Origin: Flavobacteriaceae bacterium
Lineage (GTDB): Bacteria > Bacteroidota > Bacteroidia > Flavobacteriales > Flavobacteriaceae
Reading direction: 5' to 3'
Length of the DNA stretch: 64,000 bases
Assembly: GCA_049595235.1 (NCBI GenBank)
Contig: JBMYKI010000002.1
Coordinates: 1,691 to 65,690, forward strand
Each line of letters starts with the position of its first letter. Position 1 is the first letter of the stretch. The translations under genes and the position numbers were made by a program. The notes beneath the pieces were generated by a model, which did not search any database, was not told the origin of the DNA, and worked only from the letters and a program-made list of their open reading frames with translations. Of the stretch, positions 18,112 to 27,867 are shown one piece after another.

Positions 18112-18751
18112 GATTCATGACTCATTTACAGCAAAAAAAGTTGCTGAATTTCTCTTACAAATTAATGCAATTAAGTTGGAACCCAAAAATTCATTCACTT
18201 GGGCCAGTGGCTGGCAATCGCCGATATACTGCGACAATCGCATAGCGCTGTCGTATCCAGCCATAAGAAACTATTTGAGAGAACAAATGGCCAAACAAAT
18301 TCAAGATATCTATGGCAAACCTGATGCCATTGCAGGAGTTGCTACTGGAGCCATCGGTTTGGGAGCCTTAGTTGCCGAGCAGCTTAACCTCCCTTTTGTG
18401 TATGTAAGACCGAAGCCCAAGGCCCATGGACGTCAAAATCAGATTGAAGGTTGGCTGGAAAACAACAGTTCGGTAGTGGTTATAGAGGACCTTGTAAGCA
18501 CCGGAAAAAGCAGCCTTCAAGCGGTAGATGCGCTTCGTGACTTTGGTGCCCAAGTCAAGGGGATGTTGGCTATTTTTAGCTACAACTTCCCAATAGCGTC
18601 AGAAAATTTCAAAAAATCTGAAGTACAACTTCATACTTTGAGTAACTACAACCACCTATTGGAACAAGCATTAGACTCTGGGCATATAACCGATACGGAT
18701 GCTGGATTGCTCAAAAGCTGGCGTTTGTCACCTGAAACTTGGAAACCTTAA
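18110..18751 (+). CDS. pyrE: orotate phosphoribosyltransferase
   Basis: The MIHDSFTAKKVAEFLLQINAIKLEP...WASGWQSPIYCDNR N-terminus is typical of PyrE, and a PRPP-binding loop VVVIEDLVSTG is present. Confidence 0.9.
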   Translation: MIHDSFTAKKVAEFLLQINAIKLEPKNSFTWASGWQSPIYCDNRIALSYPAIRNYLREQMAKQIQDIYGKPDAIAGVATGAIGLGALVAEQLNLPFVYVRPKPKAHGRQNQIEGWLENNSSVVVIEDLVSTGKSSLQAVDALRDFGAQVKGMLAIFSYNFPIASENFKKSEVQLHTLSNYNHLLEQALDSGHITDTDAGLLKSWRLSPETWKP

Positions 18752-18753
18752 TT

Positions 18754-19143
18754 ATGGAAATCAATAGCTCACCTGCACAAATCAATCAGCCTATAGATGC
18801 GGTCTTTGCGCGCCTATGTAAACCTGAATCATATGAGAAACTTATGCCCGAAGGGGCTATGTTTTCGATTGGCGAAAACGACTCTTTTCGATTTAAGTTG
18901 GGCAGCATGCCCGAATTGGGTTTACGCGTCAAAGAAAGTATTGCGCCTGACACCATCATTCTCGCCTCTACTGGGGGTAAGGTAGCGTTTGAGTTGATTG
19001 GAGCCTTAGAGGCCCTTGATGAAAGTCAAACCCAAGTTCAGTTAAAATTCCAAGGCGACCTCAACCCGATGATGGCTATGATGGTCAAAAAACCACTCAC
19101 ACAGTTTTTAGAAGCCCTAATCAGAAACATGCACAAACTCTAG
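18754..19143 (+). CDS. SRPBCC-like small protein of unknown function
   Basis: 130 aa immediately after pyrE. The fold assignment is by weak resemblance only. Confidence 0.4.
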   Translation: MEINSSPAQINQPIDAVFARLCKPESYEKLMPEGAMFSIGENDSFRFKLGSMPELGLRVKESIAPDTIILASTGGKVAFELIGALEALDESQTQVQLKFQGDLNPMMAMMVKKPLTQFLEALIRNMHKL

Positions 19144-19839
19144 GGTTTTTGGAACAAACAACAATTGTTCTTTCTCTGTCTGTATCATAAGTCTTCCATC
19201 CTCATCGACCCCACAAATAACCCCCTCGAAAGGCTTATTGTTTTGAATAAATTTTCCCTGTTTTTGATAACCATACAATCGCTGTAGATAAGCCTCAGTA
19301 CGTGACTTCAATGGGGGTGTTAAAGCATCGATCAGTATTTGCGAACAAGAGGTAAAAAGAGTTTCAATATTATAGTCCTTTTGGGTTTGCAAGCGTGCTG
19401 AAGTGGCGTGAGGAAGGCCAGGAAAATCCAATTGATTGATATTAATACCAACCCCAATAGCAAGGGGTTGCAAACAATTATTTTTAACACTGGATTCTAT
19501 AAGTATACCCGCTATTTTCTTTTGACCTGACAAAATGTCGTTTGGCCATTTGATTTGGATATCAGGGATATTGAGGCTTTCTAGCCAATCTGCCAACGCC
19601 AAAGAAACCATTTTATTGAGTTCAAAAGATTGGTGAGCTTTAAGACTAAGATGGGGTATATACAGAGAGAAAGTCAAATTTTCATTAGGTGCACTGAGCC
19701 ACGCATTGCCACCTTGACCCTTGCCATCAAACTGATGAGGCGTCCAAAGCACCGTAGCTTCTTGAGGTTGCACATCTTTGACATAATTGCGCAAATCATC
19801 ATTGGTTGAGGCAGTGGCACTAAGTTTGATTACATGCAT
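19117..19839 (-). CDS. birA: biotin--[acetyl-CoA-carboxylase] ligase (no HTH domain)
   Basis: TASTNDDL, GKGQGGNAW and KWPNDI motifs. Confidence 0.85.
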   Translation of the reverse strand: MHVIKLSATASTNDDLRNYVKDVQPQEATVLWTPHQFDGKGQGGNAWLSAPNENLTFSLYIPHLSLKAHQSFELNKMVSLALADWLESLNIPDIQIKWPNDILSGQKKIAGILIESSVKNNCLQPLAIGVGININQLDFPGLPHATSARLQTQKDYNIETLFTSCSQILIDALTPPLKSRTEAYLQRLYGYQKQGKFIQNNKPFEGVICGVDEDGRLMIQTEKEQLLFVPKTLEFVHVSD

Positions 19840-19843
19840 GTAA

Positions 19844-19851
19844 CAAAATTA
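19844..19851 (-). promoter_or_regulatory. -7 box TAATTTTG, 4 nt before the birA ATG (leaderless candidate)
   Basis: Minus strand reads TAATTTTG-TTAC-ATG. Confidence 0.45.
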
Positions 19852-19883
19852 AGTATATCTCATTGTATTACATGAATTTGTAA

Positions 19884-19891
19884 TAGATTTG
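19884..19891 (+). promoter_or_regulatory. -7 box TAGATTTG for rsfS-ftsH
   Basis: Perfect TAnnTTTG, 16 nt upstream of the ATG at 19908. Confidence 0.4.
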
Positions 19892-19907
19892 CTCAAATGG
19901 CTTTTAT

Positions 19908-20276
19908 ATGGTAAAAACCGCTGGTCCCGACAATCTCATCACCCACATCATAGATGCGTTGGAAGATGTAAAAGGCGAAGACATATGTGTTATGGACTTG
20001 CGTGATATTGAAAACACCGTGTGCCAGTATTTTGTCATCTGTTCAGGAACCTCAAACACTCAGGTAAATGCCCTTGCTGGCACCGTTCAGAAAAAGGTAA
20101 GTAAGGCACTAAGAGAAAAGCCATTACAGGCAGAAGGATTGGAAAACAGCGAATGGGTACTACTTGACTATGTCGATGTGGTAGTACATATTTTTCAGCG
20201 TCAGGTACGCGAGCACTATGATATAGAGTCTCTTTGGGGAGATGCAAAATTGACAGAAATTGCTTCCAGTTATTAA
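19908..20276 (+). CDS. rsfS: ribosome silencing factor
   Basis: 122 aa. The DYFVICSG-like and WVLLDYVDVVVHIF motifs are typical of RsfS/iojap. Confidence 0.85.
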   Translation: MVKTAGPDNLITHIIDALEDVKGEDICVMDLRDIENTVCQYFVICSGTSNTQVNALAGTVQKKVSKALREKPLQAEGLENSEWVLLDYVDVVVHIFQRQVREHYDIESLWGDAKLTEIASSY

Positions 20277-20301
20277 TTGTGATTGCTTCTAACTAAATAA
20301 A

Positions 20302-22275
20302 ATGGCAAAAAAAGAAAAAGCACCAAACAAAAAACCCAGTATCAGTTCCTATTGGTTGTATGCGCTTATTGCGGCATTTTTTGTGGGAATGTCGTATTTT
20401 AACAATAGCGACAGTATGTCCGAACGACAGCAAATCAATATTTCTACTTTTGAAAAATATCTCAACGACGGCGATGTAGCCCAAGTGTTGGTTATCAATA
20501 AAAATGTGGCTCAGGTAACACTCAATCCCGATGCCCTACAAACCCCTAAGCACAAAAATGCTCGTAGTGAGGATCTCTTTGGAAGGTCCAATGAAAAAGG
20601 CCCGCACTACCAGTTTGAAGTAGGTAATTTAGAGCTTTTTCAGCGCAAACTAGAGGCAGCCGAACAAAAAGGAATTGTGTTTTTCTACGAGTTTAAAACC
20701 GTTGAAAATCGTTGGCTCGACGTTCTTATAGGCTTTCTGCCATTAATTCTCATTATTGCGGTATGGATCTTTTTGATGCGCCGTATGTCTGGAGGCGGTG
20801 CCGGTGGCGCGGGCGGTCAAATCTTTAATATTGGAAAGTCCAAAGCCAAATTGTTTGATGAAAATTCGGACATAAAAGTAACCTTCAAAGATGTTGCTGG
20901 CTTGGAGGGTGCCAAAGAAGAAGTACAAGAAATTGTTGATTTTCTAAAAAATCCGAGCAAATACACGGTTCTTGGAGGAAAGATCCCAAAAGGCGCCCTG
21001 TTGGTGGGCCCTCCAGGTACCGGAAAAACCCTTCTAGCCAAAGCAGTAGCTGGTGAAGCAAAGGTGCCTTTCTTCTCATTGTCCGGCTCTGATTTTGTAG
21101 AGATGTTCGTCGGGGTGGGTGCTTCGAGAGTTCGTGATTTGTTTAAACAAGCCAAAGACAAATCACCCGCCATTATTTTTATAGATGAAATTGATGCTAT
21201 TGGACGTGCTAGGGGAAAAAACAATATTACAGGTTCTAATGATGAACGAGAAAATACCCTCAACCAACTTCTGACTGAAATGGATGGTTTTGGCACAGAC
21301 ACCAATGTGATTGTTTTGGCCGCAACCAACCGAGCCGATGTCTTGGACAAGGCCCTAATGCGTGCTGGTCGATTTGACCGACAGATCTATGTAGACTTAC
21401 CCGATTTGAGAGAGCGAAAAGAAATTTTTGAAGTACACCTAAAACCCCTGAAAGTCGATAGAAAACTCGACGTAGATTTCTTAGCAAAACAGACCCCAGG
21501 CTTTTCTGGGGCAGATATTGCCAATGTGTGTAATGAGTCTGCACTTATAGCGGCACGAAAAAACAAAAAGAAAGTGGGGCGTCAAGACTTTCTAGATGCT
21601 GTAGATCGTATAGTAGGTGGGTTGGAAAAAAAGAGCAAAATCATAACCCCATCAGAAAAAAAGACCATCGCCTATCACGAGGCAGGTCATGCCACTGTGA
21701 GCTGGATGCTTGAACACGCAGCACCCCTTGTCAAAGTTACTATCGTACCACGAGGACAGTCCTTAGGCGCGGCTTGGTATCTGCCCGAGGAAAGACAAAT
21801 TGTCCGCACCGAGCAAATGTTAGACGAAATGTGTGCTACACTTGGTGGGCGTGCGGCTGAGCAAATCGTATTCAACAAAATTTCTACTGGTGCGCTGAGT
21901 GATTTGGTCAAAGTGACCCGTCAGGCACGCGCCATGGTAACTGTTTATGGTCTTAACGATAAAATTGGCAACATTACCTACTATGATGCTGATGGTCAAA
22001 GCGAATTTGGTTTTACAAAACCCTACAGTGAAGAAACGGCCAATCAAATCGATTTGGAAATTTCTAAAATTGTAGAGAGTCAATATAAACGTGCCTTAAC
22101 TCTATTGCGCAAGCACAAGAAAAAACTCAGCCAGTTGGCAGATGTTCTGCTAGAAAAAGAAGTTATTTTTAAAGACGATTTAGAGGTCATATTTGGCAAA
22201 AGGCCTTTTGACAAAGAAGAGGCTGAGACTAAGGCTGAAAAAAGCGAAGAACCAGCCGAAGATAAATCTGCCTAA
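20302..22275 (+). CDS. ftsH: ATP-dependent zinc metalloprotease FtsH
   Basis: Walker A GPPGTGKT, an AAA second region of homology, and HEAGH zinc motif. Confidence 0.97.
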   Translation: MAKKEKAPNKKPSISSYWLYALIAAFFVGMSYFNNSDSMSERQQINISTFEKYLNDGDVAQVLVINKNVAQVTLNPDALQTPKHKNARSEDLFGRSNEKGPHYQFEVGNLELFQRKLEAAEQKGIVFFYEFKTVENRWLDVLIGFLPLILIIAVWIFLMRRMSGGGAGGAGGQIFNIGKSKAKLFDENSDIKVTFKDVAGLEGAKEEVQEIVDFLKNPSKYTVLGGKIPKGALLVGPPGTGKTLLAKAVAGEAKVPFFSLSGSDFVEMFVGVGASRVRDLFKQAKDKSPAIIFIDEIDAIGRARGKNNITGSNDERENTLNQLLTEMDGFGTDTNVIVLAATNRADVLDKALMRAGRFDRQIYVDLPDLRERKEIFEVHLKPLKVDRKLDVDFLAKQTPGFSGADIANVCNESALIAARKNKKKVGRQDFLDAVDRIVGGLEKKSKIITPSEKKTIAYHEAGHATVSWMLEHAAPLVKVTIVPRGQSLGAAWYLPEERQIVRTEQMLDEMCATLGGRAAEQIVFNKISTGALSDLVKVTRQARAMVTVYGLNDKIGNITYYDADGQSEFGFTKPYSEETANQIDLEISKIVESQYKRALTLLRKHKKKLSQLADVLLEKEVIFKDDLEVIFGKRPFDKEEAETKAEKSEEPAEDKSA

Positions 22276-22332
22276 AAAGCACTTTAAAACCGCATAGTTT
22301 TCTATCTTTAAGGACACAAAAAATCATTTGAT

Positions 22333-22947
22333 TTGAAGCGGTTTCTATCATCTATTTTCGGTAATACTGCCAAGAAAGAAGAAAAGGACAAAGCTGAGCA
22401 AAGCAAGTATATGCCTGCTCGAGAAGTTCCTATAGAGGAGGCTTTTACACTTAAATTCACCCAACAAGGTGGTAAGTTTTTATACTGCGAAAACACAGAG
22501 GAAGCCATTCAGGCTTTTGATAATGTCATTCAAGAAAAAAAATGGCCCTCTTCGGAAATGTTATGCTTTGACAATGGATTGCTCGAAAAGTTTGAACGAG
22601 ACGATATTACACCCACCAAAACAAACTTGAATGCGAGGTTTTTTCTTACTTCATGTGAGTTTTTGGTAGCTCACGATGGCAGTATTATTATGTGTGACAA
22701 ACAAATCGCCAATCACAAATTATCGGATCTTCCTGAATGCTTTGTCATTTTTGCAGGGACCAAGCAACTCACAGACACCTTAAGCGAAGGACTCAAAGGC
22801 ATTAAACATAAATACAAGAAAAAAATCCCCATCAATATCACCTCCATAAAACACTTTAAAAAACCCACAGAAGAAAACCAAGAAAATTTTCTTACCTATG
22901 GTTTGCCAATCAAAGATGTGTTTTTGATTCTGTTAGAAGACTTTTAA
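22333..22947 (+). CDS. LUD (LutC/YkgG-like) domain protein
   Basis: 204 aa with resemblance to flavobacterial LUD-domain proteins that follow ftsH. TTG start as given by the ORF track. Confidence 0.5.
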   Translation: MKRFLSSIFGNTAKKEEKDKAEQSKYMPAREVPIEEAFTLKFTQQGGKFLYCENTEEAIQAFDNVIQEKKWPSSEMLCFDNGLLEKFERDDITPTKTNLNARFFLTSCEFLVAHDGSIIMCDKQIANHKLSDLPECFVIFAGTKQLTDTLSEGLKGIKHKYKKKIPINITSIKHFKKPTEENQENFLTYGLPIKDVFLILLEDF

Positions 22948-23732
22948 TGACCACTAATTTACTACGAGCCGCCTTTGGATTGCTATACGCTGGCCTATGG
23001 CTTAGCACGCTATGGGAGGGTTCTGGGTTTTATGTTGTCTTTGTGCTTGGATTGTCAATCTTGGTCATTAAAGAGTTTATGAGTCTCCACAGCATCAGCG
23101 CTTGGTGGAAAGCAGTTTTGGTTGGCGCGTGTACCTTCGGTCTTTTTCAAGCCAAAGTTCCTCAAATCATTTGGGCTTTTGGGGCTGTCTTGGCCCAAAT
23201 ATATTTTGCCTACCACATGCTGACACAGAAAAAATGGCATGCCAACACCCTGATAACCATGGCAATGGCATGCACACACATAGGTTTTCCGATGCTTTTA
23301 CTTTTACCCGAGGGATCTGAGAGGGCTGTAATGAATCCAGACCTTATCACAGGCATATTATTATTGGTTTGGACTACAGACTCCGTCGCATTCTTGTTTG
23401 GCTCTTGGCTAGGTAAAAGACCGCTGTACACCCTAGTATCTCCTAACAAAACTATAGAAGGTGCCATAGCTGCCATATGCGTGGCTCCTATTATGGGTTT
23501 TGGTATCGCCCAATACAGTCAAGTATTGTCTTTAAATTCATGGCTGATAGTAGGTCTGCTGATCGCTGTTCTTTCTATCATTGGCGATTTGACCCAAAGT
23601 CATATTAAACGTATGGCTAATGTCAAAGATAGCGGCAAGCTCATGCCAGGTCATGGCGGGCTTTATGACCGAACGGATAGTCTTATTTTTGTAATTCCCT
23701 TTCTCTATATTATAATCTATTTTTCCACATAA
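22947..23732 (+). CDS. cdsA: phosphatidate cytidylyltransferase
   Basis: Polytopic protein with the C-terminal signature SHIKRMANVKDSGKLMPGHGGLYDRTDS. Confidence 0.85.
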   Translation: MTTNLLRAAFGLLYAGLWLSTLWEGSGFYVVFVLGLSILVIKEFMSLHSISAWWKAVLVGACTFGLFQAKVPQIIWAFGAVLAQIYFAYHMLTQKKWHANTLITMAMACTHIGFPMLLLLPEGSERAVMNPDLITGILLLVWTTDSVAFLFGSWLGKRPLYTLVSPNKTIEGAIAAICVAPIMGFGIAQYSQVLSLNSWLIVGLLIAVLSIIGDLTQSHIKRMANVKDSGKLMPGHGGLYDRTDSLIFVIPFLYIIIYFST

Positions 23733-23733
23733 T

Positions 23734-24384
23734 ATGTTTCACAAAGAAGGTTTTCGCATTATTATAACCACATTTATTCTCTGCGCGATCGTTGTGCTGT
23801 TAGCAGACTATACACTCTCTATCAATTGGGTAAAAACAAGCATACAAGTAGCAGCCCTTATTGTGTTGGTTTTGGTATTACAATTTTTTCGAAACCCGAG
23901 TAGACCTCCTTTGGCAGAACCCGAACATATTGTGTCGCCTGTCGATGGAAAAGTAGTGATTATAGAAGAGGTGTATGAACCCGAATATTTCAAAGACAAA
24001 AGACTTCAGGTTTCAATTTTCATGTCTCCAATCAATGTACATGTGACCCGATACCCTTTGGGAGGTAAGGTTGTTTTTAGTAAATACCATCCAGGAAAAT
24101 ACTTGGTAGCATGGCATCCTAAGTCCTCTACCCTTAATGAACGCACAACCATTGTTGTTGATAATCCCAAACACGGACAAGTATTGTATCGCCAAATAGC
24201 AGGTGCTTTAGCGCGACGCATTGTAAACTACGCAACCGTAGGAGACCAGGCAGTTCAAGGGGAAGATGCGGGCTTTATTAAGTTTGGCTCACGCATCGAT
24301 TTGTTTTTACCTTTAAACACACCCTTGGCCATAGGTCTAAACCAAAAAGTTAAAGGAGGTGTAGATTTTATCACCCAAAGCTAA
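23734..24384 (+). CDS. psd: phosphatidylserine decarboxylase proenzyme
   Basis: Short-form Psd with a FGSR cleavage-site region (FIKFGSRIDLF). Confidence 0.9.
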   Translation: MFHKEGFRIIITTFILCAIVVLLADYTLSINWVKTSIQVAALIVLVLVLQFFRNPSRPPLAEPEHIVSPVDGKVVIIEEVYEPEYFKDKRLQVSIFMSPINVHVTRYPLGGKVVFSKYHPGKYLVAWHPKSSTLNERTTIVVDNPKHGQVLYRQIAGALARRIVNYATVGDQAVQGEDAGFIKFGSRIDLFLPLNTPLAIGLNQKVKGGVDFITQS

Positions 24385-24399
24385 CCTATCCTAAATTCT

Positions 24400-24651
24400 A
24401 TGACATATCAAGATGCCATCCATTGGGTCAACATCCATGTAGACAATATCCCCAAGGACGATTTGTTAAGGCTATATGCCTATTATAAGCGCATCGAGGT
24501 ATCCAAACCCCAACGTGATAAAGATGAACACAACTTAGTAACTGCCTTCAAGGCCAATGCACTTTTGCAAATGGGAAACCTCAATAAAGAAGAAGCCAAA
24601 AACGCCTATGTGGAATTGGTAGTTGCTTTAAAAGGTAAATTAGGTACGTAG
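24400..24651 (+). CDS. acyl-CoA-binding-protein-like small protein
   Basis: 83 aa. The pattern PKDDLLRLYAYYK...AFKANAL...EEAKNAYVELV parallels the ACBP signature but is divergent. Confidence 0.5.
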   Translation: MTYQDAIHWVNIHVDNIPKDDLLRLYAYYKRIEVSKPQRDKDEHNLVTAFKANALLQMGNLNKEEAKNAYVELVVALKGKLGT

Positions 24652-27264
24652 CTGTGACAAGTTTTGTTCTATCAACTTGATTTTAGCCAAGGCATCTTCT
24701 TCTTTCTTTCTTTCAATAGCTACTACAGATTCAGGCGCATTATCGACAAAGCGTGGATTGCTCAACTTTTTTTGAACCCCTTTTAAAAACCCGTTTAAAT
24801 AGTCTAGCTCGTCCTGTAGTTTTTTAATTTCCTCATCGGCATTTTGAATCGAAAAAGGAATAAAATACTCAGAAACACCTACACGAAAAGAAAGCGCCTG
24901 GTCTGGGGGCACATCGGCTTGTTGACATGAAGAAATATTGGCTAACTTTTGAACCATAGACTCAAAAAAAGGCAACTGCACTGACAATTCGACAAGCTCT
25001 AATGGAGATTTAAAAGGAATATTTTTTTGTTTGCGTATCGACCGTATCGAAGATACCATTTGTGCGGTATGGTCAAATCTTTCGAGTACTTCTATGTCAA
25101 CTTTTTTGGAAGTCGGCCAAGAGGAAACTACCAAAGCTTGATCTACAGAACGTGTACCTAAAAGCTGCCATAATTCCTCAGAAAGAAAAGGCATAAAGGG
25201 ATGTAACAATCTCAGGTTATCTTCGAATATAACAACCAGCTCCCTATAGGTTTGATGATCAATTGGTGTTCCATAGGCGGGTTTTACGAGCTCTAACAAC
25301 CATGAGCAAAAATCATCCCAAACCAATTTATAGGTTGCCATCAACGCATCAGAAATACGATACTTGTCAAAATGATCATCGACCTGTGTCAATACTTGCT
25401 GGAATTTAGACTGGTACCAATCAAGTCCCAATCTTGCCACCTTATCCTGTGGTATTGTATCATCTACTTCCCAACCTTTTATCAAGCGCAGGGCGTTCCA
25501 AATTTTGTTAGCAAAGTTTTTTCCTTGTTGACACAGCGATTCGTCAAATAACAAATCGTTTCCAGCAGCAGCACTCAACAAGAGTCCCACCCGAACACTG
25601 TCAGCCCCATAAGACTTTATCAGCTCCAAAGCATCTGGCGAGTTCCCCAATTGTTTGGACATTTTTCGTCCTTGTTTGTCGCGAACCAATCCTGTCAAAT
25701 ACACCTTTGAAAAGGGCTTTTCCGAACGATATTCGTATCCCGACATAATCATCCTGGCTACCCAAAAAAATAAAATATCGGGGCCAGTTACCAAGTCTTG
25801 GGTCGGGTAATAGTATTTGATTTCTTTGTTCTCAGGGTTTCTGATTCCATCAAAAACAGAAATGGGCCACAACCATGAGGAAAACCATGTATCCAACACA
25901 TCAGGGTCTTGAACAAGATCACCCAATGTAAGAGATGTGTTGCCTGACTGTTGGCGCGCTTTTTCCAAAGCAGTTTCTTTATCGAGTGCCACTACAAAGT
26001 CTTGTTTGTCAGCGCCGTAGTAGTAGGCAGGTATTTGCTGACCCCACCACAACTGACGAGAAATATTCCAGTCTCGAATATTTTCCATCCAATGGCGATA
26101 GGTATTGATAAATTTTTTAGGAACAAGAGAAACATCGCTATTATTGACTGCCTCCAAAGCAGGGGCAGCAATGCTATCCATACGCAAAAACCACTGATCA
26201 GAAAGTCTGGGTTCTACAACTGCTTTAGTACGTTCGGACAAACCCACTTTATGGGTGTGAGGTTTGGCAGCTTCCAAAAGCCCCAAAGTGTCCAATTCTT
26301 TTACAATAGCCTTACGCACTGCGAACCGATCTTGCCCTTCATAATGCAAGCCTTTGGCATTCAAAGTGCCGTCTGGATGAAAAATGTCTATGACCTCCAA
26401 TCCATGGGTATCTCCCAACGTCTTGTCGTTTTCGTCATGAGCCGGTGTCACCTTGAGACATCCTGTACCAAACTCAAGATCTACATAAGAGTCTAGAATA
26501 ATTGGTACCTCACGGTTGGCAATAGGTACTATGACGCGCTTGCCATGAAGGTGTTTAAAGCGTTCATCCTCTGGGTGAATGGCCACCGCGGTATCACCCA
26601 GCATGGTCTCGGGACGGGTGGTGGCAATGGTGATTTTTTCGTCGCTGCCAGCTATTTGATAATTTATATAATACAATTGCCCTTGGCGCTCTTCATGAAA
26701 TACCTCCTCGTCAGAGAGAGTGGTTTGAGCCTCGGGGTCCCAATTGACCATGCGGTAACCACGATAAATAAGCCCTTTTTCGAATAAATCTACGAACACC
26801 TGCAGAACAGACTCGGTCATATCGTCATCCAAGGTAAATTTGGTACGATCCCAATCACAAGAACAACCAAGTTTTTTGAGTTGCTCCAAAATAATCCCTC
26901 CGTGCTCGTGTGTCCAAGCCCACGCATGTTCTAGAAATGCTTCTCTAGATAGATCTTCTTTGCGGATGCCCTCAGTTTGCAGTTTTTGAACCACCTTAGC
27001 CTCTGTAGCAATCGAAGCGTGGTCAGTACCAGGTACCCAACAAGCATTGTAACCCCGCATCCTCGCACGACGAATAAGTACATCCTGAAGGGTGTTGTTC
27101 ATCATGTGACCCATATGCAAAACACCTGTAACATTGGGTGGAGGTATGACGATGGTGTAGGGGGTTCGCGCATCAGGTTTAGACTTAAAATATCCGTTTT
27201 CAGTCCAGTATTGGTACCATTTATCAGATATTTTTTCTAAGTCAAGTTTGGTGTCTAAACCCAT
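24640..27264 (-). CDS. valS: valine--tRNA ligase
   Basis: HMGH and KMSKQLGN class-I motifs and a coiled-coil C-terminus. I prefer the ATG at 27264 because the TTG at 27288 is only 2 nt from the -7 box. Confidence 0.95.
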   Translation of the reverse strand: MGLDTKLDLEKISDKWYQYWTENGYFKSKPDARTPYTIVIPPPNVTGVLHMGHMMNNTLQDVLIRRARMRGYNACWVPGTDHASIATEAKVVQKLQTEGIRKEDLSREAFLEHAWAWTHEHGGIILEQLKKLGCSCDWDRTKFTLDDDMTESVLQVFVDLFEKGLIYRGYRMVNWDPEAQTTLSDEEVFHEERQGQLYYINYQIAGSDEKITIATTRPETMLGDTAVAIHPEDERFKHLHGKRVIVPIANREVPIILDSYVDLEFGTGCLKVTPAHDENDKTLGDTHGLEVIDIFHPDGTLNAKGLHYEGQDRFAVRKAIVKELDTLGLLEAAKPHTHKVGLSERTKAVVEPRLSDQWFLRMDSIAAPALEAVNNSDVSLVPKKFINTYRHWMENIRDWNISRQLWWGQQIPAYYYGADKQDFVVALDKETALEKARQQSGNTSLTLGDLVQDPDVLDTWFSSWLWPISVFDGIRNPENKEIKYYYPTQDLVTGPDILFFWVARMIMSGYEYRSEKPFSKVYLTGLVRDKQGRKMSKQLGNSPDALELIKSYGADSVRVGLLLSAAAGNDLLFDESLCQQGKNFANKIWNALRLIKGWEVDDTIPQDKVARLGLDWYQSKFQQVLTQVDDHFDKYRISDALMATYKLVWDDFCSWLLELVKPAYGTPIDHQTYRELVVIFEDNLRLLHPFMPFLSEELWQLLGTRSVDQALVVSSWPTSKKVDIEVLERFDHTAQMVSSIRSIRKQKNIPFKSPLELVELSVQLPFFESMVQKLANISSCQQADVPPDQALSFRVGVSEYFIPFSIQNADEEIKKLQDELDYLNGFLKGVQKKLSNPRFVDNAPESVVAIERKKEEDALAKIKLIEQNLSQLRT

Positions 27265-27290
27265 CGAAAGCAGATTGATTATTTGCAAAA

Positions 27291-27298
27291 CAAAAGTA
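27291..27298 (-). promoter_or_regulatory. -7 box TACTTTTG for valS
   Basis: Perfect TAnnTTTG on the minus strand, 26 nt upstream of the ATG at 27264. Confidence 0.4.
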
Positions 27299-27372
27299 GC
27301 TAACTCCTGCTGATTAAAAAAGTTGGTATAGGTGTTGAGCGAAATTTTGTAAGTTTATACAAAATTCAAACC

Positions 27373-27777
27373 ATGAAAATACGTTTCCTTCTTATAGTAA
27401 TGGCAATGTCGTTTGTGGCGGTCCATTCTCAAGAAGCCCCTCAAATTGTTTTTGACTCATTGACTATTGACTACGGCACAATAGAGAAAGGTGATGATGG
27501 TGTACGGGTTTTTCGCTTTACCAATACCGGAGCAACCCCTTTGGAAATCAAACAAGTGCGGTCCTCGTGTGGGTGTACCATTCCCAAAAAACCTGACGCA
27601 CCAGTAGCACCAGGAGCCGTCTCTGAAATCGAGGTAAAATATGACACCCAGCGTGTGGGTCCTATTCGAAAAACCATCACAGTGAGTTCCAACGCCTCTA
27701 CACCTGTAGTGGCTCTTAAAATCAAGGGAGAAGTCATCGAACCTGAAGACGAAGAAGACATAGAAGAAGACAAGTAA
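27373..27777 (+). CDS. DUF1573-domain secreted protein
   Basis: Signal peptide plus the hallmark SSCGCT motif. Confidence 0.8.
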   Translation: MKIRFLLIVMAMSFVAVHSQEAPQIVFDSLTIDYGTIEKGDDGVRVFRFTNTGATPLEIKQVRSSCGCTIPKKPDAPVAPGAVSEIEVKYDTQRVGPIRKTITVSSNASTPVVALKIKGEVIEPEDEEDIEEDK

Positions 27778-27835
27778 CAACACATTATTTTTCAAAAAGA
27801 TTTTTTTTGGCATCTGTGTTATGATACCAAGCATG

Positions 27836-27843
27836 TATTTTTG
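27836..27843 (+). promoter_or_regulatory. -7 box TATTTTTG for the aminotransferase-murB operon
   Basis: Perfect TAnnTTTG, 24 nt upstream of the ATG at 27868. Confidence 0.4.
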
Positions 27844-27867
27844 CATCTTTGCAATAAATAGTGCATT

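Noticed and set aside
20817-21350. A 177-aa minus-strand ORF and other small ORFs inside ftsH.
   Set aside because: They are antisense to the unmistakable FtsH AAA/HEAGH sequence, so they are shadow ORFs.
25951-26496. A 181-aa plus-strand ORF inside valS.
   Set aside because: It is antisense to valS, which has the class I synthetase motifs throughout.
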